This document shows positions 1 to 9,725 of a stretch of 64,000 bases of DNA, one piece after another. The notes under the pieces were generated by a model, which saw only the letters and a list, made by a program, of their open reading frames with translations, was not told where the DNA came from and made no database searches. Source of the DNA: an uncultured Gemmatimonadales bacterium (GTDB lineage: Bacteria > Gemmatimonadota > Gemmatimonadetes > Gemmatimonadales > GWC2-71-9); assembly GCA_963748815.1 (NCBI GenBank), contig CAVVKJ010000005.1, positions 192,001-256,000 on the forward strand, written 5' to 3'. Position 1 is the first letter of the stretch. Each line of letters begins with the position of its first letter. Made by a program: the position numbers and the translations under genes.

Positions 1-636
1 CGGACGCATACCGCCTTCATGGCCTCGATCGCGGTGCCGCCGGGGTATTCGGTGTCGGATCAGCGGTTCGACTACGACCGGGACGAAAGCGGCAAGGGGC
101 TCTGGCTGGTCTTCGCCATCGGTGTGGCGCTGGTGGTGCTCGCGGTCGCCCTGGTGTTCAACTCGGTCTGGGCGACCACGATGGTGGCGCTTGCCCTGCC
201 GATTGCCGTGGCAGGGGTCGGGGCGGCGTTCTGGGTGGCGGGAGCGGCCTTCGGGCGGGAGGCGGCGGTCGGGGTGATCCTCGTGGTGGGGCTCGCGGTG
301 AATCAGGCGATTTTGCTGGTGCATGGAGCTCTCGAGCGGCGGGGAAGCGGGGAAGCGGGGAAGCGGGTCAGCTTGAGTGGGGCGGACGTGGTGCGGGTTG
401 CCCGGGACCGCTCGGCGATGATTGTGCTCGTTACCCTCACCACCGTGGCGAGTCTCCTTCCCTTGGCCATCGGGACCGACCCCGATAGCCTCTTTGGATC
501 GATTGCGCTGGCCACGGCGGGAGGAACGCTGTTTGGCACCATTGGCGCGATGTTCGTGTTGCCGGTGTTGTTGGCCGCTGTGCGGCCAAGGCGGGGAAGC
601 GGGGAAGCGGGGAAGCGATCGACCCCTCACCCCTGA
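1..636 (+). CDS. RND (AcrB/CusA-like) efflux permease, C-terminal fragment (5' truncated by window)
   Basis: Open frame from base 1. Hydrophobic helices with RND TM10-TM12-like motifs GVILVVGLAVNQAILLV, IVLVTLTTVASLLPLAIG and ATAGGTLFGT..FVLPVL. Confidence 0.8.
   Translation, partial: RTHTAFMASIAVPPGYSVSDQRFDYDRDESGKGLWLVFAIGVALVVLAVALVFNSVWATTMVALALPIAVAGVGAAFWVAGAAFGREAAVGVILVVGLAVNQAILLVHGALERRGSGEAGKRVSLSGADVVRVARDRSAMIVLVTLTTVASLLPLAIGTDPDSLFGSIALATAGGTLFGTIGAMFVLPVLLAAVRPRRGSGEAGKRSTPHP
339..367 (+). repeat. Octamer tandem repeat (GCGGGGAA)x3.6 inside the CDS
   Basis: gcggggaa-gcggggaa-gcggggaa-gcggg, read as RGSGEAGKR. Confidence 0.95.
591..617 (+). repeat. Octamer tandem repeat (GCGGGGAA)x3 at the CDS 3' end
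   Basis: Same unit as 339-367. Confidence 0.95.
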
Positions 637-660
637 CCCCTCTCCCTCCGGGAGAGGGGA
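623..660 (+). repeat. REP-like hairpin element (CCCCTCACCC...CCCCTCTCCC-tcc-GGGAGAGGGG)
   Basis: Perfect 10-bp stem at 637-659 just after the stop codon. Confidence 0.7.
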
Positions 661-740
661 AAGTCAGGATCACGAGGAGCCCTTTGCGCCTCTTGGCGTC
701 TTTGCGTTGAAACGCTGTTGACGCAAGCGGGCAAAGAACA

Positions 741-787
741 TGGACCCCGGCGACCCTGCCCCGGCGAAAGCCGGGGGCCGGGGTGAC
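741..787. repeat. Nested GTCA/TGGA-type palindrome
   Basis: Outer arms tggaccccggc...gccggggtgac enclose a second hairpin, ccccggcgaaagccgggg. Confidence 0.85.
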
Positions 788-851
788 GTCATTCTGCAGT
801 CTGCAAGTCGCCAGTCCACAGTCCTCAGTCCTCCTTGCCCCTTTCTCCTTC

Positions 852-882
852 CGCCCCACCAAGTCCCAAGTCCTCTTTCTCT
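852..882 (-). repeat. Heptamer-based dispersed repeat (GGACTTG doublet)
   Basis: Reverse complement matches 8864-8894 at 30/31 nt. Confidence 0.9.
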
Positions 883-932
883 TTCCTCTTCCATCCCTTT
901 GTCCCCCAATACTTTACCAGTGTCCATTTCGG

Positions 933-962
933 TTGATTTCCCCCCCCGAAAGAGGGTATATT
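933..962 (+). promoter_or_regulatory. Putative sigma70 promoter for gyrA
   Basis: TTGATT-N18-TATATT about 60 nt upstream of the ATG. Confidence 0.6.
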
Positions 963-1020
963 TGTCCGTTCCCGGTGGCCCGGCCGGCCACCCGGTTGTC
1001 CGCACCAACCCCGAGTTCAC

Positions 1021-3525
1021 ATGACCGCCCCGAATTCCCGCGAGCGCATCCTTCCTCGCCTGATCGAAGAAGAGATGCAGCAGTCGTTCATCAACTACTC
1101 GATGAGCGTCATCGTCTCCCGCGCGCTTCCCGACGTGCGCGACGGCCTCAAGCCCGTCCACCGCCGCATTCTCTACGCGATGAACGAGCTGGGCCTGGTC
1201 CCGGGGCGGGCCTACAAGAAGTCCGCGACGGTGGTGGGCGACGTGCTCGGCAAGTACCACCCGCACGGCGACTCGTCGGTGTACGACGCGCTGGTGCGTA
1301 TGGTGCAGGACTTCTCCCTTCGCTACCCGCTGGTGGACGGCCAGGGCAACTTCGGCTCGGTCGACGGCGACTCGGCGGCGGCGTACCGGTACACCGAGGC
1401 CCGCCTGACCCGCATCGCGATGACGATGCTGGAGGACATCGACAAGAACACCGTCGATTACCAGCCCAACTTCGACGACCGGCTTCAGGAGCCGACCGTC
1501 CTCCCGTCCACGATCCCCAACCTGCTGGTCAACGGCTCGAGCGGCATTGCCGTCGGCATGGCCACCAACATCCCGCCCCACAACCTCCGCGAAGTCGCGA
1601 AGGCGGTGGAACTGCTGGTGGACAACCCGGCCGCCGAGATCAGCGACCTCCGCAAGGTCATCAAGGGGCCCGACTTCCCCACCGCCGGCTACATCTACGG
1701 CCGCGACGGGATCAAGGAAGCCTATGAAACGGGGCGGGGCCGGGTGGTCATGCGGGCCCGCGCCCAGATCGAGGAAAAGGAGTCGAGCAACAAGTCGCAG
1801 ATCGTCGTCACCGAGATTCCCTACCAGGTCAACAAGGAAAACCTGGTCCGGTCCATCGCCGAGCTGGCCATGGCGAAGAAGATCGAGGGGATCACCGGCG
1901 TGCGCGACGAGTCCGACCGCGACGGCATGCGCATCGTCATCGAGCTCAAGCGCGACTGCATCCCGAACGTGGTGCTGAACCAGCTGTACAAGCGGACCAC
2001 GATGCAGTCCACCTTCGGCGTCATCATGCTCGCGCTGGTGGGCGGCGTGCCCAAGGTGATGGACCTGAAGGAGATGCTGTCGCATTTCATTGCGCACCGG
2101 CACCAGATCATCATCCGGCGCACCCAGTTCGACCTCGACGCGGCGCAGGCTCGGGAGCACATCCTCGACGGCCTCAAGATTGCCGTCGACAACATCGACG
2201 AGGTCATCAAGATCATCCGCGGCTCGGCGGACACGCCCGAGGCCGACGCCAAGCTGCGCAAGCGGTTCAAGTTCAGCGAGAAGCAGAGCGACGCGATCCT
2301 CAACATGCGGCTCGCCAAGCTCACCGGGCTCGAGATCGACAAGCTCGAGGCGGAGCTCGCCGAGGTGCGCGCCACCATCGCCGACCTCAAGGACATCCTC
2401 GGTTCCCAGCCCCGTCGCGACGGCATCCTGAAGACGGAGACCGCCGAGGTGGCCGCCAAGTACGGCGACGACCGCCGGACGGAAATCGTGGCCGACCAGG
2501 GCGACTTCTCGGTCGAGGACCTGATCGCCGAAGAGGACATGGTCATCACCATCTCCCACACCGGCTACATCAAGCGGATCCCCGTCACCACCTACAAGCG
2601 GCAGCGCCGCGGCGGCCGCGGCATGGCCGGCATGGGGACCAAGGAAGACGACTGGGTGGAGCACCTCTTCATCGCCAGTACGCACGACTACCTGATGTTC
2701 TTCACTGACCGCGGCCAGGTGTACTGGCTCAAGGTCCACGAGATCCCGCAGGGTGGACGCGCGGCGCGCGGCAAGCCGGTGGTCAACTGCATCGCCATCG
2801 GGAACGACGAAATCGTCGCCTCGACGGTGGCGGTGCGCGAATTCACCGATGACCGCTCGCTGATGTTCGCCACCCGGAACGGGACGGTGAAGAAGACCGT
2901 CCTCTCCGCCTACGGCAACGTCCGCTCCAACGGCATCAACGCCATCAACATCGACGGTGACGACGCGCTCATCGACGTCCAACTCTGCGACGCCAACAAC
3001 GACATCGTGCTCGCCACGCGCGACGGCATGAGCATCCGGTTCCACCAGGGCGACGTGCGCGAAATGGGCCGCGCCACCAGCGGCGTCAAGGGCATCGAGC
3101 TCGACAAGGATGACGCGGTCATCGGCATGGTCGTGGTCCGCCGCGAAGCCACGCTCCTGGTGGTGAGCGAGAAGGGCTACGGCAAGCGCTCCGAACTCAG
3201 CGAGTACCGGGTCCAGAAGCGCGGCGGCAAGGGCATCATCACCCTGAAGAAGACCGAAAAGACCGGCCGGATGGTGGCGCTCAAGGAGGTCATTCCGGAC
3301 GACGAGCTGATGATGATCACCCGGCACGGCGTCATCATCCGGGTGCCGGTCGAGGGCATCAGCGTCATCGGCCGCAACACGCAGGGGGTGCGGGTCATCA
3401 ACCTCGACGCCGGCGACCAGCTCGTCGACGTGGCGCGCGTGGTGAAGGAAGACGACAGCGGCACCGAGGAGCCGACCGGCGACGAAGCCACCGCGCCCGC
3501 CGGCGAGACGGACGAGGACGGATGA
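1021..3525 (+). CDS. gyrA: DNA gyrase subunit A
   Basis: [31 protein letters not shown] catalytic Tyr, GyrA-box QRRGGRG, beta-pinwheel repeats and acidic tail. Confidence 0.98.
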   Translation: MTAPNSRERILPRLIEEEMQQSFINYSMSVIVSRALPDVRDGLKPVHRRILYAMNELGLVPGRAYKKSATVVGDVLGKYHPHGDSSVYDALVRMVQDFSLRYPLVDGQGNFGSVDGDSAAAYRYTEARLTRIAMTMLEDIDKNTVDYQPNFDDRLQEPTVLPSTIPNLLVNGSSGIAVGMATNIPPHNLREVAKAVELLVDNPAAEISDLRKVIKGPDFPTAGYIYGRDGIKEAYETGRGRVVMRARAQIEEKESSNKSQIVVTEIPYQVNKENLVRSIAELAMAKKIEGITGVRDESDRDGMRIVIELKRDCIPNVVLNQLYKRTTMQSTFGVIMLALVGGVPKVMDLKEMLSHFIAHRHQIIIRRTQFDLDAAQAREHILDGLKIAVDNIDEVIKIIRGSADTPEADAKLRKRFKFSEKQSDAILNMRLAKLTGLEIDKLEAELAEVRATIADLKDILGSQPRRDGILKTETAEVAAKYGDDRRTEIVADQGDFSVEDLIAEEDMVITISHTGYIKRIPVTTYKRQRRGGRGMAGMGTKEDDWVEHLFIASTHDYLMFFTDRGQVYWLKVHEIPQGGRAARGKPVVNCIAIGNDEIVASTVAVREFTDDRSLMFATRNGTVKKTVLSAYGNVRSNGINAINIDGDDALIDVQLCDANNDIVLATRDGMSIRFHQGDVREMGRATSGVKGIELDKDDAVIGMVVVRREATLLVVSEKGYGKRSELSEYRVQKRGGKGIITLKKTEKTGRMVALKEVIPDDELMMITRHGVIIRVPVEGISVIGRNTQGVRVINLDAGDQLVDVARVVKEDDSGTEEPTGDEATAPAGETDEDG

Positions 3526-4491
3526 GCACGGTGCACGCGCCCGCCGTCACCCTCGACGACGTCCGCGCCGCCGCCGTAACGATCGCGGGCGTCACCGCGC
3601 GGACCCCGCTGGTCGAGATGCCGGCGCTCACCAAGCTCACCGGGCACTCGGTGGCGCTGAAATGCGAGCAGCTGCAGCCGATCGGCGCCTTCAAGGTGCG
3701 CGGGGCCTACAACGCCATCCAGCGGATGCCGAAGGAGGCGCGGGCGCGCGGCGTCATCACCTATTCGAGCGGCAATCACGGGCTGGCGGTGTCCTGGGCG
3801 GCGTCCAAGGTCGGTGTCCGGGCCGTCATCGTCATGCCGAACACCGCTCCCCAGGTCAAGGTGGACGGGGTGCGCAAGCTCGGCGGCGAGGTGGTGTTCG
3901 TGGGCCCCCGCTCGCTGGACCGCAAGGTGAAGGCCGAGGAGATCTGCGCCGCCGAGGGACTGGCCATGCTGCCGCCCTTTGACCACCCCGACGTCATTGC
4001 GGGGCAGGGCACCTGTGGCGTGGAAATCCTGGAGGCCTGGCCGCACGTCGAGACCATCCTGGTGCCGGTGGGCGGCGGCGGGTTGCTGGCCGGCATTTGC
4101 GTGGCGGTGGCGGGCATGCACCCCGAGGTGAAGGTGGTGGCGGTGGAGCCCGAGGGCGCCGCCAAGCTGACCGCCGCCATGCAGGCCGGTGCGTCCCTCC
4201 ACGCTGGAACGCGCCACCAGCATGGCCGACGGGTTGCTCACCTTGTCGGTGGGCTCCATGACTTATCCGCTCATCGCGCCGGTCATCCACGAGGTGGTGA
4301 CGGTTTCCGACGACGAGATCGCCAACGCCGTCCGCCTCCTGCATCATGAAGCGGGGCTGCGCGTGGAGCCCTCCGGGGCCGTCACGACCGCGGCGCTGCT
4401 TGCCCGGAAGGTGCGGCCGCAGGGCCCGGCAGTGGCGGTGGTGAGTGGTGGTAACATGGATGAGGACTTCTTCGACCGGTTGGTGAGCTGA
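3522..4491 (+). CDS. PLP-dependent threonine/serine dehydratase (short type); frameshift near 4192
   Basis: [22 protein letters not shown] and PVGGGGL motifs. Continues in another frame as ADGL...VEPSGA...VSGGN. Confidence 0.9.
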
Positions 4492-5922
4492 ATGAGCCTG
4501 GCACCGAAGATCATCGTCGCCGACGACGATCAGGCCCTGACCCGCACGCTGTCCTGGATTCTCAAGGACAACGGGTATGAAGTCACGACCGTGCCCGGCG
4601 GCGAGAATCTCTTCGACCACCTCCTCTCCGATCAGTTCGACCTCCTCCTCCTCGACATCATGATGCCGAAGGTGGATGGCCTGCAGCTCCTCGAGAAGGT
4701 CAAGACCGACTACCGCTTCAAGGACCTCCCCGTCCTGATGATTTCCTCGATGCCTCCCGAGGAGGCCACGGTCCGCGCCCTCGGTCTTGGCGCCGCCGAT
4801 TTCATCTCGAAGCCCTTCCGGGTGCGGGAACTCCTGGCGCGGGTCAAGGCGCATCTCCGCACCGGGCGCGAGCTCAACCAGGCCCGCGCGGAGGCGCGCT
4901 CGCGCACCGAGATGGTGGACATCCTGCAGGAAGTGACCGCCACCCTCAAGCCGGACGAGATCTACCAGATCCTGGTGCGGCGGGTGGCGCGCGGGCTCCG
5001 GATCTCCAAGTGCTCCATCCTGATCGGTTCGCCTGAAGACGAGGCCGGCACCGTGGTGGCGGCGTACGAGAATCCGATGCTGCGCAATCTCCGGGTGGAC
5101 CTGCGCCGCTATCCTGAAATCCAGCAGGCGCTGAAGACCGGTCAGGTCGTGCTGGTGCAGGACGTCCTCACCGATCCCCTCTATTCGGCGGTGCGTGCCG
5201 AGTGGGAGGCGGAAGGGGTGGCCGTGCCGACGCGGTCCGCGCTCGCGCTGCCGTTCCAGCTGAAGGGCCAGCAGGTGGGGGTCTTCTTCCTCCGCACCAC
5301 GGCCGAGGACGCGCCCCTCAATGACCAGGACGTGCAGTTCGCCGACCAGGTCATCAAGGCCGCCGTGGCGGCGCTCGAAAAGGCGTACGACCTCGAGACC
5401 GCGATGGACGGCCAGGAGCACATGCGGCACCTGGCGGAAACCGACCCGCTGACCGACACCTACAACCGACGCGCCCTCAGCGACAAGCTGGTGCAGGAGA
5501 TGGAACGGGCCGAGCGGTACGGCACGGTGCTCACCTGCCTGATGGTGGACATCGACGAGTTCAAGAAGATCAACGACGAGCACGGGCACCTGACCGGCGA
5601 CCGCGTGCTGCGCAGCCTGGCCAACCTCCTCAAGCGCGAGCAGCGCGCCGTGGACGTGCTGGCCCGCTATGGCGGCGAGGAGTTCACGCTCCTCCTCCCG
5701 GAAACGGGTCCGACCGGCGCCCGCATCTTCGCCGAGCGGATCATCCGCCGCGTGGCGGCCCATGATTTCGGCGAGCCGGGTCGACCGGTGCACGTGACCA
5801 TCAGCATCGGCGTGGCCACCTTTCCCGATGAGCGCATCACCGATCCCGAGTCGTTCCTCAAGCTGGCCGACGCCAACATGTACAAGGCGAAGGCGGACGG
5901 CCGCAACCGGTTTCGGGATTGA
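4492..5922 (+). CDS. Response-regulator diguanylate cyclase (REC-GAF-GGDEF)
   Basis: REC (ADDD, LLDIMMP, KPF), GAF-like middle region, RAVD I-site followed by RYGGEEF. Confidence 0.93.
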   Translation: MSLAPKIIVADDDQALTRTLSWILKDNGYEVTTVPGGENLFDHLLSDQFDLLLLDIMMPKVDGLQLLEKVKTDYRFKDLPVLMISSMPPEEATVRALGLGAADFISKPFRVRELLARVKAHLRTGRELNQARAEARSRTEMVDILQEVTATLKPDEIYQILVRRVARGLRISKCSILIGSPEDEAGTVVAAYENPMLRNLRVDLRRYPEIQQALKTGQVVLVQDVLTDPLYSAVRAEWEAEGVAVPTRSALALPFQLKGQQVGVFFLRTTAEDAPLNDQDVQFADQVIKAAVAALEKAYDLETAMDGQEHMRHLAETDPLTDTYNRRALSDKLVQEMERAERYGTVLTCLMVDIDEFKKINDEHGHLTGDRVLRSLANLLKREQRAVDVLARYGGEEFTLLLPETGPTGARIFAERIIRRVAAHDFGEPGRPVHVTISIGVATFPDERITDPESFLKLADANMYKAKADGRNRFRD

Positions 5923-6902
5923 GCGCGCTGCGCTGCCCCCAGTGCCGGGCAGTGTACGCCGAGCCGGCGCGGTTCTGCACGCGGGACGGCACCGCGCTGG
6001 AGCCGAAGGAGGAGGCCTCCGACCTTCCCGGCACCGTGCTCGACGAGCGGTTCGAGGTCCGGCGCCAGATCGGTGAAGGCGGCATGGCCGCGGTCTTCCT
6101 GGCCTCCGACCTTTCCACCGGCGCCGATGTTGCCGTCAAGGTGCTCGCCCCCCACCTCATGGCCGACCCGCAGTCCGTCGAGCGCTTCAAGCGCGAGGCG
6201 CTCATCGCCAGCCGGTTCGACCATCCCAGCGTCTGCCCCATCCTCCAGCTCGGCGCCACCCCCGCGGGGCTCGTCTACCTCGTGATGCCGTGGCTCCCCG
6301 GCGAGGCGCTCCACGAGCGGATCAACCGCACCGGGCCGTTGCCGCTCACGGAAGGGCTCTCGCTCCTGCTGCAGGTGGTGCGCGGCCTCCAGCACGCCCA
6401 CGAGCTGGGTGTGCTGCACCGCGACCTGAAGCCCGAAAACATCATGCTGGTGAACGATCCGGCGCTCCCGGGCGGCACCCGCGCCGTGGTCATGGACTTC
6501 GGCCTGGCGCTCGAACTGGTGCGCCGCCCCGTGAGCCAGAAACTCACGGCGGCCGGCGTCATTCTCGGCACGCCGGAGTTCATGAGCCCTGAACAGATTC
6601 GCGGCCGCGACCTCGACGCCCGCAGCGACGTCTATTCGCTGGGCATCCTGGCGTTCGAGATGTTCGCCGGGCGGCTGCCGTTCGACGGGGAGACGGCGCA
6701 GGAGCTGCAAATCGCGCGGCTGCGGGGTCAGCCGACCCAGCTGCGGGCGGTGCGCCCGGAAATGCCGGCCCGCCTGGAAGCGGCGCTCATGCGCGCGCTC
6801 GCCATGGATCCCGCCAACCGGTTTCCCACGATGGCCGCCTTTGGCGACGCGCTCGATACCGTCCTCCGCTCCACCCCGCCCGGCGAATCGGGCCAGGCAT
6901 GA
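5919..6902 (+). CDS. Hanks-type Ser/Thr protein kinase with N-terminal zinc-ribbon-like motif
   Basis: CPQC..FCTRDG, IGEGGMA, VAVK, HRDLKPEN, DFG, GTPEFMSPE. No TM segment. Confidence 0.93.
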   Translation: MSALRCPQCRAVYAEPARFCTRDGTALEPKEEASDLPGTVLDERFEVRRQIGEGGMAAVFLASDLSTGADVAVKVLAPHLMADPQSVERFKREALIASRFDHPSVCPILQLGATPAGLVYLVMPWLPGEALHERINRTGPLPLTEGLSLLLQVVRGLQHAHELGVLHRDLKPENIMLVNDPALPGGTRAVVMDFGLALELVRRPVSQKLTAAGVILGTPEFMSPEQIRGRDLDARSDVYSLGILAFEMFAGRLPFDGETAQELQIARLRGQPTQLRAVRPEMPARLEAALMRALAMDPANRFPTMAAFGDALDTVLRSTPPGESGQA

Positions 6903-7987
6903 AACGCTACCCGGCGTTCGAGCCCCCGGAATACGTGAATTGGAAGGCGGACCCGACGCTGGTCGACGCCTTTCGTGCCACGATCAACCGGCTCCCCGAA
7001 CGGCAGGAGGTCGTTGCCCGCCTCTCCCGCGACGCGCTGCTGACGCTCTATGCGCGGTTGGTCCGGGCGCGGCAGCACGACATTGCGCTGTCGCGATGGG
7101 TGCGGCAGGGCGTCATCACCAAGGCCTGGCTCGGGACGGGGGAGGAGGCGGCGACGGTAGGGCCGGTCTTTGCGCTGGACCACGCCACCGACTTCGTGGC
7201 CCCGATGATCCGGAACGCCGCCGCCTGCTGCGACATGGGGATGCCGCTCGCCGACATGCTCCGCGCCTACCTCGCCACCGCCGACTCGCCCTCCGCCGGC
7301 CGCGACCTGCACGCCGGATCCCAGGCGCACCACGTGCTGCAGCCGGTGTCGCCGGTCGGGGTGATGGTGCCGGTGTCCGCCGGCATCGCGCTGGCCGGCC
7401 GGATCACCGGCACGCGTCGCGTGGTGATGAACTGGGTGGGCGACGGTTCCGCCAAGTCGGGCGCCAGTCACGAAGGACTGAACTTCGCCGCGGTGCAGCG
7501 CCTCCCCGTGGTCTACATCCTCCAGAACAACCAGGTCGCCCTCGGCACACGGCTCGACCAGCATCACCTCGGCGGGGATTTTGCCGACTGGCCCGCCGCC
7601 TACGGGATGGCGGGATGGAGCTTCGACGGCAACAATGTGCTCGACGCCTACGCTGCCGCGGTGCTGGCAGTGGAACGGTGCCGCCGCGGTGACGGCCCGG
7701 TCCTGCTGCTGGCGAACACCTTCCGCATGGGTGGGCACGCCACGCACGATGAGCGCGAGGCGCGCGCGACCTTCCCCGCGGAACTCTTCGCGCATTGGGG
7801 GCGGCGGGACCCGATCGGACTCTACGAGGCGTACCTGCAGGGGGCCGGCGTGAGCGAAGCAGAACTGGCTGACGTCGAGTCGGCCGCCACGGCCGTCGTG
7901 GAGGCCGCGGCCGAGGCCGCATTGGCGAGTCGGGATCAGCACCCGGAACCCAGCTCCGCACTCCTGGGGGTGTACGCGAGGGAGTGA
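6899..7987 (+). CDS. TPP-dependent 2-oxoacid dehydrogenase E1 alpha-like subunit
   Basis: GDGS...EGLNFAAV..LPV...QNN TPP motif, FDGNNV, RMGGHATHD, RDPI. Confidence 0.88.
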   Translation: MKRYPAFEPPEYVNWKADPTLVDAFRATINRLPERQEVVARLSRDALLTLYARLVRARQHDIALSRWVRQGVITKAWLGTGEEAATVGPVFALDHATDFVAPMIRNAAACCDMGMPLADMLRAYLATADSPSAGRDLHAGSQAHHVLQPVSPVGVMVPVSAGIALAGRITGTRRVVMNWVGDGSAKSGASHEGLNFAAVQRLPVVYILQNNQVALGTRLDQHHLGGDFADWPAAYGMAGWSFDGNNVLDAYAAAVLAVERCRRGDGPVLLLANTFRMGGHATHDEREARATFPAELFAHWGRRDPIGLYEAYLQGAGVSEAELADVESAATAVVEAAAEAALASRDQHPEPSSALLGVYARE

Positions 7988-8011
7988 GGAACGAGAAAGA
8001 GTGGGGTGGGA

Positions 8012-8051
8012 TTTCGTGTTTTCGTGTTTTCGTGTTTTCGTGCGTTCGTGT
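8012..8051 (+). repeat. Octamer tandem repeat (TTTCGTGT)x5
   Basis: tttcgtgt x3, then tttcgtgc and gttcgtgt. Confidence 0.95.
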
Positions 8052-8071
8052 ATTCGGTTTGAGGAGGCCTG

Positions 8072-8848
8072 ATGCGCCGCTCAATGTCTGCCTTGCTCGT
8101 ACTTTCCGCTGTCACCGTCCTCGCCGCCTGGGTGACCCGCCCGCGCGCGGCCGCCGAGCCGCACGGCCAGTGGGTCACGTTCACCAACGCCGCCGGCGAT
8201 TCGATCCCCGCCTACGTCGCCTGGCCGGAGCGGAAGGACCGGGCGCCCACGGTGCTGGTCATCCACCAGATCTTCGGTCTGACCCAGTGGGAAACCACCG
8301 TAGTGGACAAGCTTGCAGCGCAGGGATATCTCGCCATCGCCCCCGATCTCCTCGCCTCCAAATACGGCAAGTCGCCCGCGAGCCCCGATTCGGCGCGGAA
8401 GCTCTTCGCAGGGCTCACCGCCGACCGGATCATGGGTGACCTCGACGCCACCGCCGCCTTCGTGGACACCCTCCCGGGCGCGGCCCGCGGCCTGATGGCG
8501 AGCATCGGCTTCTGCTGGGGCGGACAGCAGAGCTTCGCGTACGCCACCCACAACCCGAAGCTCAAGGCCGCCGTCGTCTGCTACGGTCCAGCGCCTGACT
8601 CGGCGGCCATGGCCCGGATCCAGGCACCCATCCTCGGGGTCTACGCCGAGAACGACGCGCGGGTAAACGATCCGTTGCCGCAGGTGAGCGCCACGATGAA
8701 GGCGCTGGGCAAGTCGTTCACCTATGACATCTATCCCGGCACCGGCCACGGCTTCCTCTCTCCCGGCCGCATGGGAAACGACACCGACCAGCCGGACAAG
8801 GCGTGGGCGCGGATCTTCGAGTTCTACAAGAAGACGCTGAAGGATTGA
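8072..8848 (+). CDS. Dienelactone hydrolase family protein, signal peptide
   Basis: IHQIFGL, GFCWGG nucleophile motif, YAEND, GHGF. GAGGAGG RBS. Confidence 0.92.
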   Translation: MRRSMSALLVLSAVTVLAAWVTRPRAAAEPHGQWVTFTNAAGDSIPAYVAWPERKDRAPTVLVIHQIFGLTQWETTVVDKLAAQGYLAIAPDLLASKYGKSPASPDSARKLFAGLTADRIMGDLDATAAFVDTLPGAARGLMASIGFCWGGQQSFAYATHNPKLKAAVVCYGPAPDSAAMARIQAPILGVYAENDARVNDPLPQVSATMKALGKSFTYDIYPGTGHGFLSPGRMGNDTDQPDKAWARIFEFYKKTLKD

Positions 8849-8863
8849 CGACTGAGGACTGAG

Positions 8864-8894
8864 AGAGAAAGAGGACTTGGGACTTGGAGGGGCG
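8864..8894 (+). repeat. Heptamer-based dispersed repeat (GGACTTG doublet)
   Basis: Last 25 nt are identical to 26015-26039; preceded by gactgag x2. Confidence 0.9.
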
Positions 8895-8917
8895 TAAGGG
8901 GAAATGAGAAAGGGTGA

Positions 8918-8949
8918 TTTCGTGTTTTCGTGTTTTCGTGCTTTCGTGG
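8918..8949 (+). repeat. Octamer tandem repeat (TTTCGTGN)x4
   Basis: Same unit and orientation as 8012-8051. Confidence 0.95.
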
Positions 8950-9725
8950 ACGCAGTTCCTCGCGGACTTCTCATTCTGCCGTTGGCCCTTCTGGCCAGCT
9001 GCCGAGTGTCCATGTCGCCGGTCCAGAACCGCCTGGCGCCCGGTGAGGAGCCGTTCGCCGTGTTCGTGGCGACCGGCGAAGCGGGCGTCGGCGACCTCTT
9101 TGCCGTCCGCGCCGACGGTGGTACGACCTTCCCCATCACCTACACCCGTGTCCAGGAAATGAACCCGGCGCTCTCGCCCGCGGGGACCGCCATCGCCTTC
9201 ATTCGCGAAGGCGTGCGCGACGACCCATCGAGTCGGCGGGTCGTGGTGATGAACCTGCTCAACGGTGCCGAGCGGATCGTTCCGACCGATGGGGCGATTC
9301 CGGGCGAACTGGCTTGGAGCGTTGACGCCGCACTGCTGTACATCCGTGCGGACTCCGCCACCCTGGTGGCTCAGGCCCCTCCCGCCGACCCTGACACCCG
9401 GCCGCTGGACCATATGGAGGTGCTCTACGCGGATTCGGCCTTCATGGTGCTGGTCGGCACACCGGCATTTGCACGGGTAATCGACTGCCCGGAGGGTGGC
9501 GTCTGTGTCGAGCCGGGCGGTGGAGGACAGCGCACGCTCTATTCCGCGGATGGCAGGGGTCCCGTGCGGTGGGGCGCCGACTCGGTGGGCTATTTCGTCG
9601 GGACGGCGTTCTTCGTCCGTCCGCTCGGCCCAGGCCGCATGCGCGAGCTCAGGCTGACCCCCCCGCGGCTGGACCCGCGGGAGATGACCTATTTTCCGGG
9701 GCCGGCTGAGCAGGCGCCGCAATAG
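8946..9725 (+). CDS. Hypothetical lipoprotein with TolB/PD40-like repeat
   Basis: Lipobox LASC; EMNPALSPAGTAIAF resembles a PD40 repeat. Start uncertain. Confidence 0.6.
   Translation: MDAVPRGLLILPLALLASCRVSMSPVQNRLAPGEEPFAVFVATGEAGVGDLFAVRADGGTTFPITYTRVQEMNPALSPAGTAIAFIREGVRDDPSSRRVVVMNLLNGAERIVPTDGAIPGELAWSVDAALLYIRADSATLVAQAPPADPDTRPLDHMEVLYADSAFMVLVGTPAFARVIDCPEGGVCVEPGGGGQRTLYSADGRGPVRWGADSVGYFVGTAFFVRPLGPGRMRELRLTPPRLDPREMTYFPGPAEQAPQ

Noticed and set aside
670..3327. 885-aa antisense ORF and similar long shadow ORFs (e.g. 49248-51704, 42535-44586, 3994-5793)
   Set aside because: They mirror well-supported genes on the opposite strand and have no motifs; this is expected from high-GC codon bias.
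1021..3525. parC instead of gyrA, or an intein in gyrA
   Set aside because: The GyrA-box and acidic tail are present, and the length is normal with no insertion.
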